A stretch of 27,665 nucleotides of DNA from a bacterium (GCA_041946805.1 JBHGBC010000078.1:1-27665); one strand, 5' to 3'; shown: positions 1-9,741, numbered from the stretch's first letter. Numbers and translations are program-made. The notes: generated from the letters alone by a model not told the origin.

Positions 1-106
1 GCCCTCTCCCAGAGGGAGAGGGGATTTTGGGGGTGGTTTTCATCGGTCCCTTCAACGAGTCGCGAGTTGGCCATTTGATGAAAAGTACGCACTTGCCGGA
101 TGAGCC
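1..106 (+). mobile_element. MITE family A, right half (cut by window edge)
   Basis: CCCTCTCCCAGAGGGAGAGGG hairpin, a 62-nt segment and right TIR GTACGCACTTGCCGGATGAGCC (85-106). Colinear with complete copies at 11920, 14554 and 21674. Confidence 0.85.
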
Positions 107-222
107 TCATTGATTACTTGAATATCCAACACCGTCCGATAATCCATCCACCCTGACTATCCGCGGGGGAATGATCTGTTATATATTGAGTGATATTCTT
201 TTATTCCAAACCAAGCGTATGA

Positions 223-1587
223 ATGGGAATCATAATGAGCAGAAAGAGATTCTGGATTTTATTCGTATTTTTCATGACGATAGGTTTTCCCGCATGGGCG
301 GATGAATCGGGCGCGAAACCGCTCTACGTGGGCTGGGCGTCCGTGGATATCACCCCCCAGCAACCGGTGGCCCTGACCGGCCAGTTGAGCAAACGGATTT
401 CCCAGGGCGTGCGCGATCCGCTCACCGCCACGGCCCTGGCCCTGGAGACTCCGGACGCGGAAGGCCGCCGCGAGCAAGCCATCCTGGTCTCGTGTGATTT
501 CCTGTACATCGTGGGAGTCATTCAGGAACGCATCCGCGAGGCCATCCGTTCCGAAATTCCCGGATTCGATCCGGACAAATTGTTCTTGAACGCCACGCAC
601 ACCCATACCGGTCCCGGATTCCTCGATGACGCGTTCGGCAATCTATACGACGTCAGTAACGATCCCGGCGTCATGAAAGCCTCCGAATACGCGGATTTCT
701 TCGTGGAACGCGTCGCGCAGGCCGCCGTGGAGGCGTGGAACAACCGTAAGCGCGGGGGGATGAGCTGGGCGCTGAGCCACGCCGTCGTCGGCATGAACCG
801 CCGGGCGCATTATTTCGATGGGACCTCCGTTATGTACGGCAAGGTCAATCAGGAAAATTTCAGCCACATCGAGGGCTACGAGGACCACGGCGTGTCCCTG
901 CTCTTCTTCTGGACGCCGGAGCAGGAATGCACCGGCGTGTTGATCAACATCGCCTGCACCTCCCAGGAGACCGAAGGGCTGAGCGTGGTGTCCGCCGATT
1001 TCTGGCATGACGTGCGTTTAGAATTGCGCCGCCGGCTGGGCCAGGATCTCTTCGTGCTTCCGCAATGCGCGGCCGCCGGCGACCAGTCGCCGCATTATCT
1101 CCTGCGCGCCCAGGCCGAGAAGATCATGATGGAGCGCCGGGGTCTCGACAGCCGGCAGGAAATCGCCCGGCGGATCGTGGACGCGGTCGAGGATGGATTC
1201 TCTCTCGCCCGGCATGACATCCAATCCGAACTGCTCTTCAAGCATACCGTGGCCCGCTTCCCGGTGCCTCCCCACTCGGACCAAGCCGCCCCCTTTTACC
1301 TCACCGATCCCGTCAATCCGCTCGAATGCCACATCCTGCGCTTGGGCGATCTCGCGATGTGCACCGCGCCGTTCGAACTGTATCTGGATTACGGCCTGCG
1401 CGTGCAAGCGCGGAGCCCGGCCGTCTTGACTTTCGTGGTGCAGCTCGCGTGCCAGCACAGCGGGTATCTGCCCACGGAGCGGGCCGTGCAAGGCGGCGGC
1501 TACAGCGCGGATAAATTCATCGTGGGTCCCGAAGGCGGCCAACGCTGGGTGGAGGAGACACTCAAGGCGATCCAGGCGTTGTGGTGA
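223..1587 (+). CDS. Secreted neutral/alkaline ceramidase-like hydrolase
   Basis: 454-aa ORF with a signal peptide (..FPAWA). Motifs VDITP, NATHTHTGP, AAGDQSP, PFELY and GYLPT...GGYS are typical of the neutral ceramidase-like family. Start may be 235. Confidence 0.75.
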   Translation: MGIIMSRKRFWILFVFFMTIGFPAWADESGAKPLYVGWASVDITPQQPVALTGQLSKRISQGVRDPLTATALALETPDAEGRREQAILVSCDFLYIVGVIQERIREAIRSEIPGFDPDKLFLNATHTHTGPGFLDDAFGNLYDVSNDPGVMKASEYADFFVERVAQAAVEAWNNRKRGGMSWALSHAVVGMNRRAHYFDGTSVMYGKVNQENFSHIEGYEDHGVSLLFFWTPEQECTGVLINIACTSQETEGLSVVSADFWHDVRLELRRRLGQDLFVLPQCAAAGDQSPHYLLRAQAEKIMMERRGLDSRQEIARRIVDAVEDGFSLARHDIQSELLFKHTVARFPVPPHSDQAAPFYLTDPVNPLECHILRLGDLAMCTAPFELYLDYGLRVQARSPAVLTFVVQLACQHSGYLPTERAVQGGGYSADKFIVGPEGGQRWVEETLKAIQALW

Positions 1588-1759
1588 AGGATGGGGCATG
1601 GAAGACTCGTAACGTGGTTTGAACCACGGATAACACGGAAAAAGCGCGGATTACACGGAGAAAAGACAGGGGCGAAAAGGCCCTCATGGCCTGGTAGGCC
1701 ATGCCACGGCATCGTAAGGCCCAGGGAGGTCGAGACGTGAAAGCACGGCGAGAGGCTTT

Positions 1760-1792
1760 CCCTCACCCTAGCCCTCTCCCAGAGGGAGAGGG
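1760..1792 (+). repeat. CCCTC hairpin repeat (consensus copy)
   Basis: CCCTCACCCTAGCCCTCTCCCAGAGGGAGAGGG. About 14 similar copies occur across the window. Confidence 0.9.
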
Positions 1793-1870
1793 GATTAATT
1801 CCTTTTATTCCTATTATCCCAGGGCTTGCGTTATGGATTAAGCTCATGCCGAGCCCCTGGCGCTTGAAAG

Positions 1871-1994
1871 AAACCCACTCCTGACTCCCCCCGATCTTCG
1901 GGGGGAGAATCATTAACCAGGGGTATTCACTACGATGATCCGGGGAACAGAATCATTTCTATCCCAAAGTTTGGGGAAGGGTAGGAGGGGGTTG
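1871..1994. repeat. REPIN-like inverted doublet (CTCCCCC..GGGGGAG family)
   Basis: Left end AACCCACTCCTGACTCCCCCCGATCTTCGGGGGGAG and inverted right end CCCAAAGTTTGGGGAAGGGTAGGAGGGGGTTG. A related unit lies at 9812. Confidence 0.6.
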
Positions 1995-2040
1995 AATTTG
2001 AATGGAGTAGGATTGATTTCACTTTTTCGATATCACAAAT

Positions 2041-2068
2041 GTAGGGGCACGTTGCTACGTGCCCCTAC
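2041..2068. repeat. GTAG-type REP palindrome
   Basis: GTAGGGGCACGT-TGCT-ACGTGCCCCTAC, with perfect 12-bp arms. Confidence 0.8.
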
Positions 2069-2218
2069 GATTCGGTCCGCGGCCGCGCAAGGTTAAACCG
2101 CAGCGACAATCTACAAAAAAACAATTATCCATCCCCTTTACTTCGCCGCGGCCCGCCTGCATTCTCCATGATAAATTCGTTCGTGATCCATTTCATCGGT
2201 GTGGAAAGGTATCGCTTC

Positions 2219-5179
2219 ATGAAATCCCTTTGGAAATGCGTCATGGTACCCGTTTGGTTTGGATTGCTTTTGCCTCTCGCCTGGGCGGAAGAACCTCCGG
2301 TTCCCGAAAATGTTTACCAAGGCGAATTGATCCGTTATCCCGGTCCCTGGGCGTTTGAACTGGGCCGGCCGGGCATCATTCTCGTGAACGATCAGGACCT
2401 GGAGGATCTGACCAATCCCGACAAGCCCATCGATCTCAGCCTGACGTATCAAAAGCATACCGATACCTTGCGGCACATCTGCGAGCGCGCCCGGCAACAG
2501 GGCCAACGCACGCTGATCATCGCCTTCGATCAGTTCTTCAGCCAATACCGCCCCGGCCAGGTCACGCCCCGCAAACTCACGCCCGACATGGACGAATATG
2601 TCGAAAAACTGGCGGCCGTCAGCCGTTTCGCCCAACAATACGGCCTGGGCCTGGAACTCAGTCTGCTCAGTCCCCTGGAGATCGGTCCCGCCTACGCCCG
2701 GCGCACCGGCGAGGCGGGGAAATGGATGCACTACCGCAAGGGACTGCGCGATCCCCAAACCGGCGCGTACAGCGTGCAACTCTGGCAGCAGAAAAAATGG
2801 GCCAACAACAAGGGATCCATTCTGTTGAAAGATTTGGGCGTGCGGGTGTTCGCGTTTCAGGAAAGGCGGATTGGCGGGACGCCGTATCTTTATGTCGATC
2901 CTGACGCCATCGTCGAAATCACCGAAACCGCCCGCGTGGAACGGTGGGAATCCCTGGCCAGCGACCGGGGCGATTACCGCGCCGAGCGCGTCCGGATTTA
3001 CGGCGAGGGACGGACGGACATCGGCCCTCTCGACCGCGTGCTGGTGGTCCAGCCATACGAAACTCCCGAGATGGATTACTTCAGCCCAAACGCCTTGCCC
3101 TACCTTAAGAATCTAATCGATAAGTACGTGGACGCAGGCGTGAAACTCAATGCGCTCTATTCCGATGAAATGCACATCCAGCAGGACTGGGGTTACTTCA
3201 GCCATCATGACAGCGGCGAATTCGCCCTGCGCTATGTAAGCGATGGGCTCGCAAATGAATACGCGAACCGGTATGGCGATGAATACCGCGATTTCGCCCG
3301 GTATTTGATCTATTTCGTTCAAGGCCAGGAAGATTACCGCAACGACATGCAGGCCGGGCAGCCCCTCCAGCATGTCTTCGGCACGACGCCCGCGGATATC
3401 CGCCGCACGGCCTTGTTCCGGTCCCGCTACTACCACCTGCTGCAGGACGGCGTCGTCGATCTCTTCGTCCAGGCCAAGCGGTATGCCGAACAGCGCTTCG
3501 GCTACCGCCTCGAATCCCGCGCCCACGCCACCTGGGCCGAAAGCCCGACCATCGACCTGTGGGACGGCGGCCAGGGCCACCGGTATTCCCGGAACTATGA
3601 ATACACGTCCGATTTCGTCTGGTCGAACACCGTCCACCAGGCCGCGTCCGCCTGCGCCGATTACTTCAAGTGGGGTGATTTCCTCACCGGCAACGGCAAC
3701 GACCATTGCGAATGCGGCTGGCTGGACCGCAACTACACGGGCATCACGTTGGCCTGCTCCACCGGCATCATCAACGAAGTCCCCCATTCCTACTCGGCCC
3801 ATTGGGGCATGCCGGGCGAGATCGCGCGGCGGCGTTCCGCCCTGGTCAGCGCCGCCGGGGCCTCGGGCGCGCCCTACTTCGCCACCGTCCAGGACGCCCA
3901 ACACCGCGATGTGGATGTGCTCACTCTCTATCCCCTCGACCTGGTCAGCGTGGATGAACGCTTCGGCGGCTGGATGACGCAATACGCTTACGCCAACAGC
4001 ATCTCGCAATCCAAACTGCTGGAAATGGCGGAAGTCAAAGAGGGCGCGGTTCATCTCGGCGGGCGGAAATTCACCACCTTGACCATCGCCTTCGAGCCGT
4101 TCCCTTCAGCGCGGCTTTTGGACTTGATCCGGCAACTCGCCGAAACGGGCGGCCGAGTGATTTGGTCGGGACCCCCGCCGGTGGTTTCCCGCGAGGGTGC
4201 GCCCATTCTCGCCGAGTGGATGAATTGGTTCGGCGTGGAGTATGAACCGGGACTCGACGAAGGCCGGATCGCCGCCGGATCGTCCGTGGAATTCGAAGGC
4301 CTCCTCGCGGGAATCAAGCCGCAGGTGATCCTGACCCACTACCTGGTGGATCACATCTATCCCGTGACGCCGCGCGAAGGCGTTCAGGCCGTGGCCCGTG
4401 TGCAGAATCAAGTTGTGGGGACGCATAAAACCGCCGGACGGGGCGGAAGTCTCACGTTCCTCGGTTTCCGCCCGCGCGATGATCAATCCCGCAGCCTGGG
4501 GCAGGATATCCATACCTGGTTCGAGATCCTGCTGGCGCTCGGCGCGTATCCAGCCACCGGCGCGTTTCCCGGAATCAACGACAACACGGAATACATCTCC
4601 CGCACTTCGTCCTTTTTTGCCTGCCGCTTCCCCAACGGCGCGGTGGCCATCGCGCCGCATCTAAAAGACGTGGAAGAAAACTGGGACGGCGGATTCGCCC
4701 GCGACGAGGAACGGGACCGGCGTTCACTGGATCAAATTTCGTTGCCGTCCGATGAGATCCATCTCGCGGATTACAAAATCAACGGCCACACCGTTTCCTA
4801 CCAAGGCCGGCAAGTCATGGCGTTCCGGGTCAATACCGATGGAGACCTCATCGCCTTTGCGGGCCATGACTGCGCGGGGATCACCATCGACGGCCGCGCG
4901 TTTGTTTTCGCGGACCACCCGTTTTCCCTCGTTTCGTTCGCCCCCGTGCCCGATGAGCGGCGGGTGGAGGGCGGGGCGTTGTATATTCTCCGCATTGAAG
5001 GGGAAGGAGAAATCAATCTGCCGCTGACCAACCTGCCGGCCCGCGTGGAATGCGCCGCCGAAGGTCCCACGCCCGGCAGCCGCGGCCTTGTCATCCCCCA
5101 CTCAGTCGAAAAAGGCGGCTTGAAATTGACCCTGACCCCCGCGGCGCGGGGACGGTGGATTTACGTGATCCGCCGGTAG
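2219..5179 (+). CDS. Large secreted hypothetical protein, possibly glycoside hydrolase-like
   Basis: Long ORF with ATG at 2219 after GGAAAGG and a signal peptide ending AWA. Contains YSDE and Trp/Tyr-rich segments and a later Rossmann-like segment (GGRVIWSG). Family not recognised with certainty. Confidence 0.7.
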   Translation: MKSLWKCVMVPVWFGLLLPLAWAEEPPVPENVYQGELIRYPGPWAFELGRPGIILVNDQDLEDLTNPDKPIDLSLTYQKHTDTLRHICERARQQGQRTLIIAFDQFFSQYRPGQVTPRKLTPDMDEYVEKLAAVSRFAQQYGLGLELSLLSPLEIGPAYARRTGEAGKWMHYRKGLRDPQTGAYSVQLWQQKKWANNKGSILLKDLGVRVFAFQERRIGGTPYLYVDPDAIVEITETARVERWESLASDRGDYRAERVRIYGEGRTDIGPLDRVLVVQPYETPEMDYFSPNALPYLKNLIDKYVDAGVKLNALYSDEMHIQQDWGYFSHHDSGEFALRYVSDGLANEYANRYGDEYRDFARYLIYFVQGQEDYRNDMQAGQPLQHVFGTTPADIRRTALFRSRYYHLLQDGVVDLFVQAKRYAEQRFGYRLESRAHATWAESPTIDLWDGGQGHRYSRNYEYTSDFVWSNTVHQAASACADYFKWGDFLTGNGNDHCECGWLDRNYTGITLACSTGIINEVPHSYSAHWGMPGEIARRRSALVSAAGASGAPYFATVQDAQHRDVDVLTLYPLDLVSVDERFGGWMTQYAYANSISQSKLLEMAEVKEGAVHLGGRKFTTLTIAFEPFPSARLLDLIRQLAETGGRVIWSGPPPVVSREGAPILAEWMNWFGVEYEPGLDEGRIAAGSSVEFEGLLAGIKPQVILTHYLVDHIYPVTPREGVQAVARVQNQVVGTHKTAGRGGSLTFLGFRPRDDQSRSLGQDIHTWFEILLALGAYPATGAFPGINDNTEYISRTSSFFACRFPNGAVAIAPHLKDVEENWDGGFARDEERDRRSLDQISLPSDEIHLADYKINGHTVSYQGRQVMAFRVNTDGDLIAFAGHDCAGITIDGRAFVFADHPFSLVSFAPVPDERRVEGGALYILRIEGEGEINLPLTNLPARVECAAEGPTPGSRGLVIPHSVEKGGLKLTLTPAARGRWIYVIRR

Positions 5180-5205
5180 GGTATCGCTGTTTTAGGGCCT
5201 ATTCC

Positions 5206-5649
5206 ATGCCGAAGACATTGATCATCGGTTACGGCAATCCTCTGCGGGGCGATGACGGCGCGGGCTGGCGGGCCGCCCGCCTGCTGGAAGAGCGCGTGCG
5301 GAATCCGGAGGTGACGGTCCTCGCCCGGCATCAATTGACGCCGGAACTAGCGGACAACCTTCGCGCGGCGGACCGGGCGATATTCATCGACGCCAGCGCC
5401 GCCCAGCCGCCGGGAACTTTCGTCTGGCGGGAAATTCAACCCCGGCGCGCCGCCCCCGAATGGCTTTCGCATGATTGCGATCCCCCCGCGCTGCTGGCGC
5501 TGGCCGGCGCCCTGTACGGTCTTTGCCCCCAGGCGTACGTGGTGGAAATCGGCGGCGCCGATTTTAGCTACCGCGATCGCCTTTCCCCGCTGGTGGAGGA
5601 ACGGATGGCGGAGGTGGTGGATTTTGTCCTCGCCCGGGTGGAGAACTGA
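5206..5649 (+). CDS. Hydrogenase maturation protease (HycI/HoxW/HyaD family)
   Basis: LIIGYGNPLRGDDGAG, HQLTPELA, IFIDA and SH motifs. True start is ATG 5206 (MPKTLII). Confidence 0.9.
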   Translation: MPKTLIIGYGNPLRGDDGAGWRAARLLEERVRNPEVTVLARHQLTPELADNLRAADRAIFIDASAAQPPGTFVWREIQPRRAAPEWLSHDCDPPALLALAGALYGLCPQAYVVEIGGADFSYRDRLSPLVEERMAEVVDFVLARVEN

Positions 5650-5740
5650 ACCGTAAGCAGGCAGGCTGAACAAAAATGTCCGTCCGAATCTCTTGTGACC
5701 ATCCGGATTGGGGATGATTCGGCGGGCAGGGAAGGATTAC

Positions 5741-6724
5741 ATGAAATCCGAACCATTGGAGCGATTCCAGTTCGAAGCGGCCCGGCTCATGGAGGAGCAT
5801 CCGCCCCGGTGGCGCCATCCCAACAAGCAAGCCGTGTTCGACGTTGTCCGTTCCGCGAAGTATCCCTTCGCGGGCCTGATCCATTATGCCCGCTGGCCGA
5901 AACAGACTCTTCCTCAGACCGTGGCGGCTCATACCCGGTTTCAGATTCACCCGGGTATGTTTACGTATAACGCGCACCCGGAATCCACATCGGTGGAGTG
6001 GCACATGAATTTCGCCGATCCGCGGCTGTTCACCGCCTACGGATCTTCGCTTCTGGCGCAGGACGAACTCCAGGTGCTGGAGCATCCGGTTCTCGGAGCC
6101 TTGCGCGAAGCGCTGGTGTCCATGGGCGTGCCGGCGGAAACCGTGGACGCCGATGGACAGCCGTCGCCGGTGACAGTCACCGGAGTACAACGCCGATGCT
6201 TATTCGACACGCGGCCCGATCCCGCCGCGGGGCGTCCCCACAGCCTGTATGGCAACGCCTTCGCGCGCGCCACCGCCGAGGAGGTCGTGGCGGCCACCCA
6301 TGTACTGGCTCCGCCCACGTTCAGCCACATCCTTGCCCTGGCGGCTCCCGCTTACGGGTATGGAACCTATGCGCGGGAGGAGATCGACACCATCCTGAGC
6401 ACCGCCTATTCCGGATTTCAGGCCGCCCGCTGGGAGAGCGCGGGACTGGCCGCGGCGTCCTTCCGTACTCTCATCCACACGGGATTTTGGGGTTGTGGCG
6501 CGTTCGGGGGGAACCGAACCCTGATGACCATTCTGCAGGCGCTGGCGGCGGACCTGGCCGATGTCGATCTCGTGTTTCATACCGTGGATGAACCGGGCGG
6601 ATCACTTGCTGAAGAGGCGTATCGGTTTTACATGAACCTCCGGAACACGATGTCTTCCGTGTCCAACATAATGGATAGGATTCTGGAGCGGAAATTCGAG
6701 TGGGGAGTCTCCGATGGGAATTGA
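5741..6724 (+). CDS. Poly(ADP-ribose) glycohydrolase (PARG)-like macrodomain protein
   Basis: NFAD...AQDE...HP, TAYSGF and HTGFWGCGAFGGN..L...Q.LAA match canonical PARG motifs (DFAN..QEE..P, KAYCGF, TGNWGCGAFGGD). ATG 5741 follows GGAAGGA. Confidence 0.75.
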   Translation: MKSEPLERFQFEAARLMEEHPPRWRHPNKQAVFDVVRSAKYPFAGLIHYARWPKQTLPQTVAAHTRFQIHPGMFTYNAHPESTSVEWHMNFADPRLFTAYGSSLLAQDELQVLEHPVLGALREALVSMGVPAETVDADGQPSPVTVTGVQRRCLFDTRPDPAAGRPHSLYGNAFARATAEEVVAATHVLAPPTFSHILALAAPAYGYGTYAREEIDTILSTAYSGFQAARWESAGLAAASFRTLIHTGFWGCGAFGGNRTLMTILQALAADLADVDLVFHTVDEPGGSLAEEAYRFYMNLRNTMSSVSNIMDRILERKFEWGVSDGN

Positions 6725-6764
6725 TGGCCGGGGTTGAATCTCCCGGGATAGGAGGGAGGAGAGA

Positions 6765-7556
6765 TCAATACGGATTGCCGCCGCCGTAGGGATTGCTTCC
6801 GCCGGGAGACGGGGATGTTTCCCCGCCGCCGTAGGGAGTGGAGGAGGCGCTCAGCAGAAACTGGTTGTCCGGATTGCGGACTTCGCCCGCGCTGGTGACG
6901 TAGATCCCCGACTGGTCCTTGAGCGGGCACACTTCTTCGCAGATACCGCATCCGATGCAGAGCACAGGATCCACATGGGGTTTTTTCAGGGCCACCATCT
7001 GTCCGGCCGCGTTGAGTGCCTGGACGTTTTCGGTCCAAATGGCCTTGGGCGAGGTGGGGCAATGCTCCTCGCAGACGATGCACGACCGGGCGAAGACATA
7101 GGGCAGGCAGCGGTTGGTGTCGAAGAAGGCCTGGCCGATTTTGAGTTTCTTCTTTTCTTCCATCTCCAGCTCGCGGATGGCGTCCGTGGGGCAGACTTGA
7201 CCGCAAAGCGTGCATTCGAACTCACAGTACCCGATTTTCATATGGAGTGCCGGGGTCCACATCCCTTCCAGCCCGGCTTCCAGAAACGCGGGCTGAATGG
7301 AATTGGTGGGGCAGACCTTCATGCATTCTCCGCATTTGACGCACTTGGCCAGAAAGTCTTTTTCAGCGATCGATCCCGGCGGGCGGATGAGGCCGGGGTT
7401 GTAGCGCCGGCCGGTGGCCTGGGGGGTGCTGCGGAACAACAAGACGCCCAGCAGGCCGCCCAGGCCCGCCGTGAAGAAAATCCGCTTGTTCAAATCGATG
7501 CGCTCTTCCTGGGGAGGACGGAAGTAGTTGACGATCCACCGCTTGAAGCCGCTCAT
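6765..7556 (-). CDS. NapG/MauM-like 4Fe-4S polyferredoxin
   Basis: IRPPG, CVKCGECMKVCP, C..CTLCGQVCP, CIVCEEHCP and CIGCGICEEVCP motifs. ATG 7556 overlaps the upstream stop (ATGA) and has a GGGAGGA RBS. Confidence 0.9.
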   Translation of the reverse strand: MSGFKRWIVNYFRPPQEERIDLNKRIFFTAGLGGLLGVLLFRSTPQATGRRYNPGLIRPPGSIAEKDFLAKCVKCGECMKVCPTNSIQPAFLEAGLEGMWTPALHMKIGYCEFECTLCGQVCPTDAIRELEMEEKKKLKIGQAFFDTNRCLPYVFARSCIVCEEHCPTSPKAIWTENVQALNAAGQMVALKKPHVDPVLCIGCGICEEVCPLKDQSGIYVTSAGEVRNPDNQFLLSASSTPYGGGETSPSPGGSNPYGGGNPY

Positions 7557-8509
7557 GATGGATCCTCCCGTTTGGGCAGGCCGATTTGGAATTCGATCGC
7601 CTGGCTGCCGCACGCGTCGCGGCAATTCCAGCAATAAAAGCATTCCGAGGGTTTCCAGCCGTGCAGGGACTGCGGTTCGGCCGCGCCCTGGCAGTCCACG
7701 AGACACAGCTGGCAGTTGTTGCACATTTCCTGGTCCTTGGTGAGCCGCACGAGGGGATTTTTCCCCGCCACGCCCAGCAAGGCCCCGAGCGGGCAGAGGC
7801 AGCGGCACCAGAACCGCGGGCGGTAAAAATTCAAGCCCACGATGCCGATGAACAGCAGGCCGATCAGCGTGCCGCCCAGGTACACTGGCTGTTCCACGGC
7901 CAGGAAATAGGTCCGGAGCACTTCGTACACCGGTTCGGTGACGGCGGTGACCCGCAACGGCCCCACGCCGGGATCGGTGTTGTAGATCCAGGTGAACCAG
8001 GCTTGCAGGCCCCAGTTGACCGCGGGATACACGGCGGTGGCCATGGACCGGTAGAAGAACGAGAAGGGATCGACATACCCGATGGCGTTGACTCCCAGGA
8101 CGCCCGCCACGAGCAAACCCGCCAATGCATAGTACTTAATTTTTTGCGCCGGGTGATAGTGGTTCTGGTCGATGCGGATTTTCCGCCGCTTGGTCCGCAG
8201 GGACGCCAGCAGATTGTTGAAGGTCCCGAACGGGCAGATCCATCCGCAGAACCACCGGCCGGACAGGATGGTGGCGCCCAGGGTGATCAGGGAGAAGAGC
8301 AGGACCGCCGGGACCGCGTGGGTGGCGAGCCACGTGTTCAACAGGACCAGCGGATCGAAGTCGAAGAAGAAGGTCGTCCACCCGCCCACTTCGTTGAACG
8401 GGTGGTACACCGTCTCCAACAATAAGTAGAAGAACAAAAGGAGAAAAAAAGTCTGAACCAGGCGCCGGGTCCACACGACCCAGCCGGCTGAATTCTTCGC
8501 TTTCGCCAT
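7553..8509 (-). CDS. NapH/MauN-like membrane 4Fe-4S binding protein
   Basis: Several TM helices with GRWFCGWICPFG, PRFWCRCLCPLG, CNNCQLCLVDC and CFYCWNCRDAC motifs. Confidence 0.9.
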   Translation of the reverse strand: MAKAKNSAGWVVWTRRLVQTFFLLLFFYLLLETVYHPFNEVGGWTTFFFDFDPLVLLNTWLATHAVPAVLLFSLITLGATILSGRWFCGWICPFGTFNNLLASLRTKRRKIRIDQNHYHPAQKIKYYALAGLLVAGVLGVNAIGYVDPFSFFYRSMATAVYPAVNWGLQAWFTWIYNTDPGVGPLRVTAVTEPVYEVLRTYFLAVEQPVYLGGTLIGLLFIGIVGLNFYRPRFWCRCLCPLGALLGVAGKNPLVRLTKDQEMCNNCQLCLVDCQGAAEPQSLHGWKPSECFYCWNCRDACGSQAIEFQIGLPKREDPS

Positions 8510-8514
8510 GATGC

Positions 8515-9447
8515 TTACACAGTGATCTCTTTCGGGGACAACGATGTGAAATCCAGAGTGCCCAAGCCGCGGGCGGCGGCCTCCACGATATGCCCGATGT
8601 CTTCCGGCTTATGGCCCAGCAGAGTCGCGCCGAACGCGTCCAGCGCCACTTGGTCGGTTCCCGCGGCGACCAGGTCCTTGCGGGCGACGTCGGAGGGATT
8701 GCCGCCCACCGGGCCGTTGCGGGTCAGCACGCGGATGGCGTCGATGACCACCAGGTCGGGCTTGATGAACGCGGCGAGGTCGGGCAGGGAATTGCCGATG
8801 TCCTGGTGGTAGCGGTCGCGGGCGCCGCCGATCACGCCCATCAGGTTTTTCATGCTCAGTGTGACTTCGCACAAGCCATGATGCTTGACAATGGGCACGT
8901 TGATGAATTTATCCGCTTCGACCATGTCGGTGTAGATTTCCCACTCCTTGATGGTCTTGCCGTTGATGGCCATTTTTTTGTATTTGCGCTGATCGAGAAA
9001 ATACACCCGGGCGCCGGCGTCGGCGGCCGCCTTCTGGATGCCGCTGCGGACGAAGGTGCGCTTCTGGTCGTTGCAGGGATTGTCGCTGATGTGTACTTGC
9101 TTCGCCCCGGCTTCGTAGCACATCTTGACCAGCGTGGCGACCACGTCCGGATTGGTGTTGGCCGCCAGTTCGGCCGAACGGTCCCAGCCGATATTGGGCT
9201 TCACCCAGACCACATCGCCCTTGGAGATGAAGCGGGACATGCCGCCCAGGGCGTCGATGGCCGCGCGGGTCAGCTTCTCCGCCTCTTCCTTGATGCCTTC
9301 CGCCTCGGTGGGCGATTCCTTGTACCGGGCGATGCTCATCGGCGCCGCGTCCGCCGCGAACGCCGCCTGGGATAACCATCCGGGCAGGTTCATCCCCAAC
9401 CCGGCCGCCGCGCATGATGTCAAAAATTGCCTGCGATCGCTTTTCAC
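8515..9447 (-). CDS. Tat-exported DUF362 family protein
   Basis: GTG start and SDRRQFL twin-arginine motif. VWVKPNIGW, NTNP, INVPIVKHH, TLSMKNLMG and DQVALD are DUF362 motifs. Confidence 0.9.
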   Translation of the reverse strand: MKSDRRQFLTSCAAAGLGMNLPGWLSQAAFAADAAPMSIARYKESPTEAEGIKEEAEKLTRAAIDALGGMSRFISKGDVVWVKPNIGWDRSAELAANTNPDVVATLVKMCYEAGAKQVHISDNPCNDQKRTFVRSGIQKAAADAGARVYFLDQRKYKKMAINGKTIKEWEIYTDMVEADKFINVPIVKHHGLCEVTLSMKNLMGVIGGARDRYHQDIGNSLPDLAAFIKPDLVVIDAIRVLTRNGPVGGNPSDVARKDLVAAGTDQVALDAFGATLLGHKPEDIGHIVEAAARGLGTLDFTSLSPKEITV

Positions 9448-9741
9448 TGTCTATCACCTCGATGATGATGGGAATGGGCCAAGCGTGTCACTCATTATCA
9501 TGATATCCAGAAGGAAGAACTTCACCCAAAGATCATTATAAATTAAACAAGTTGAAATGGTAAACGCAACCGTCCGGCGCGGATTTTAAACATTTTTCGG
9601 TCAGATCCGGCTGTCCGCTGGCCGGATTTCTGAATCCGATGGGTAACGTTTCCGGCCATGATCCGGTTTTGGACTATTCTATCAATAATTCAAGCATTCT
9701 TAAATAGCTATTAAGCAATGAATGAAGGATAAAAATATTTA

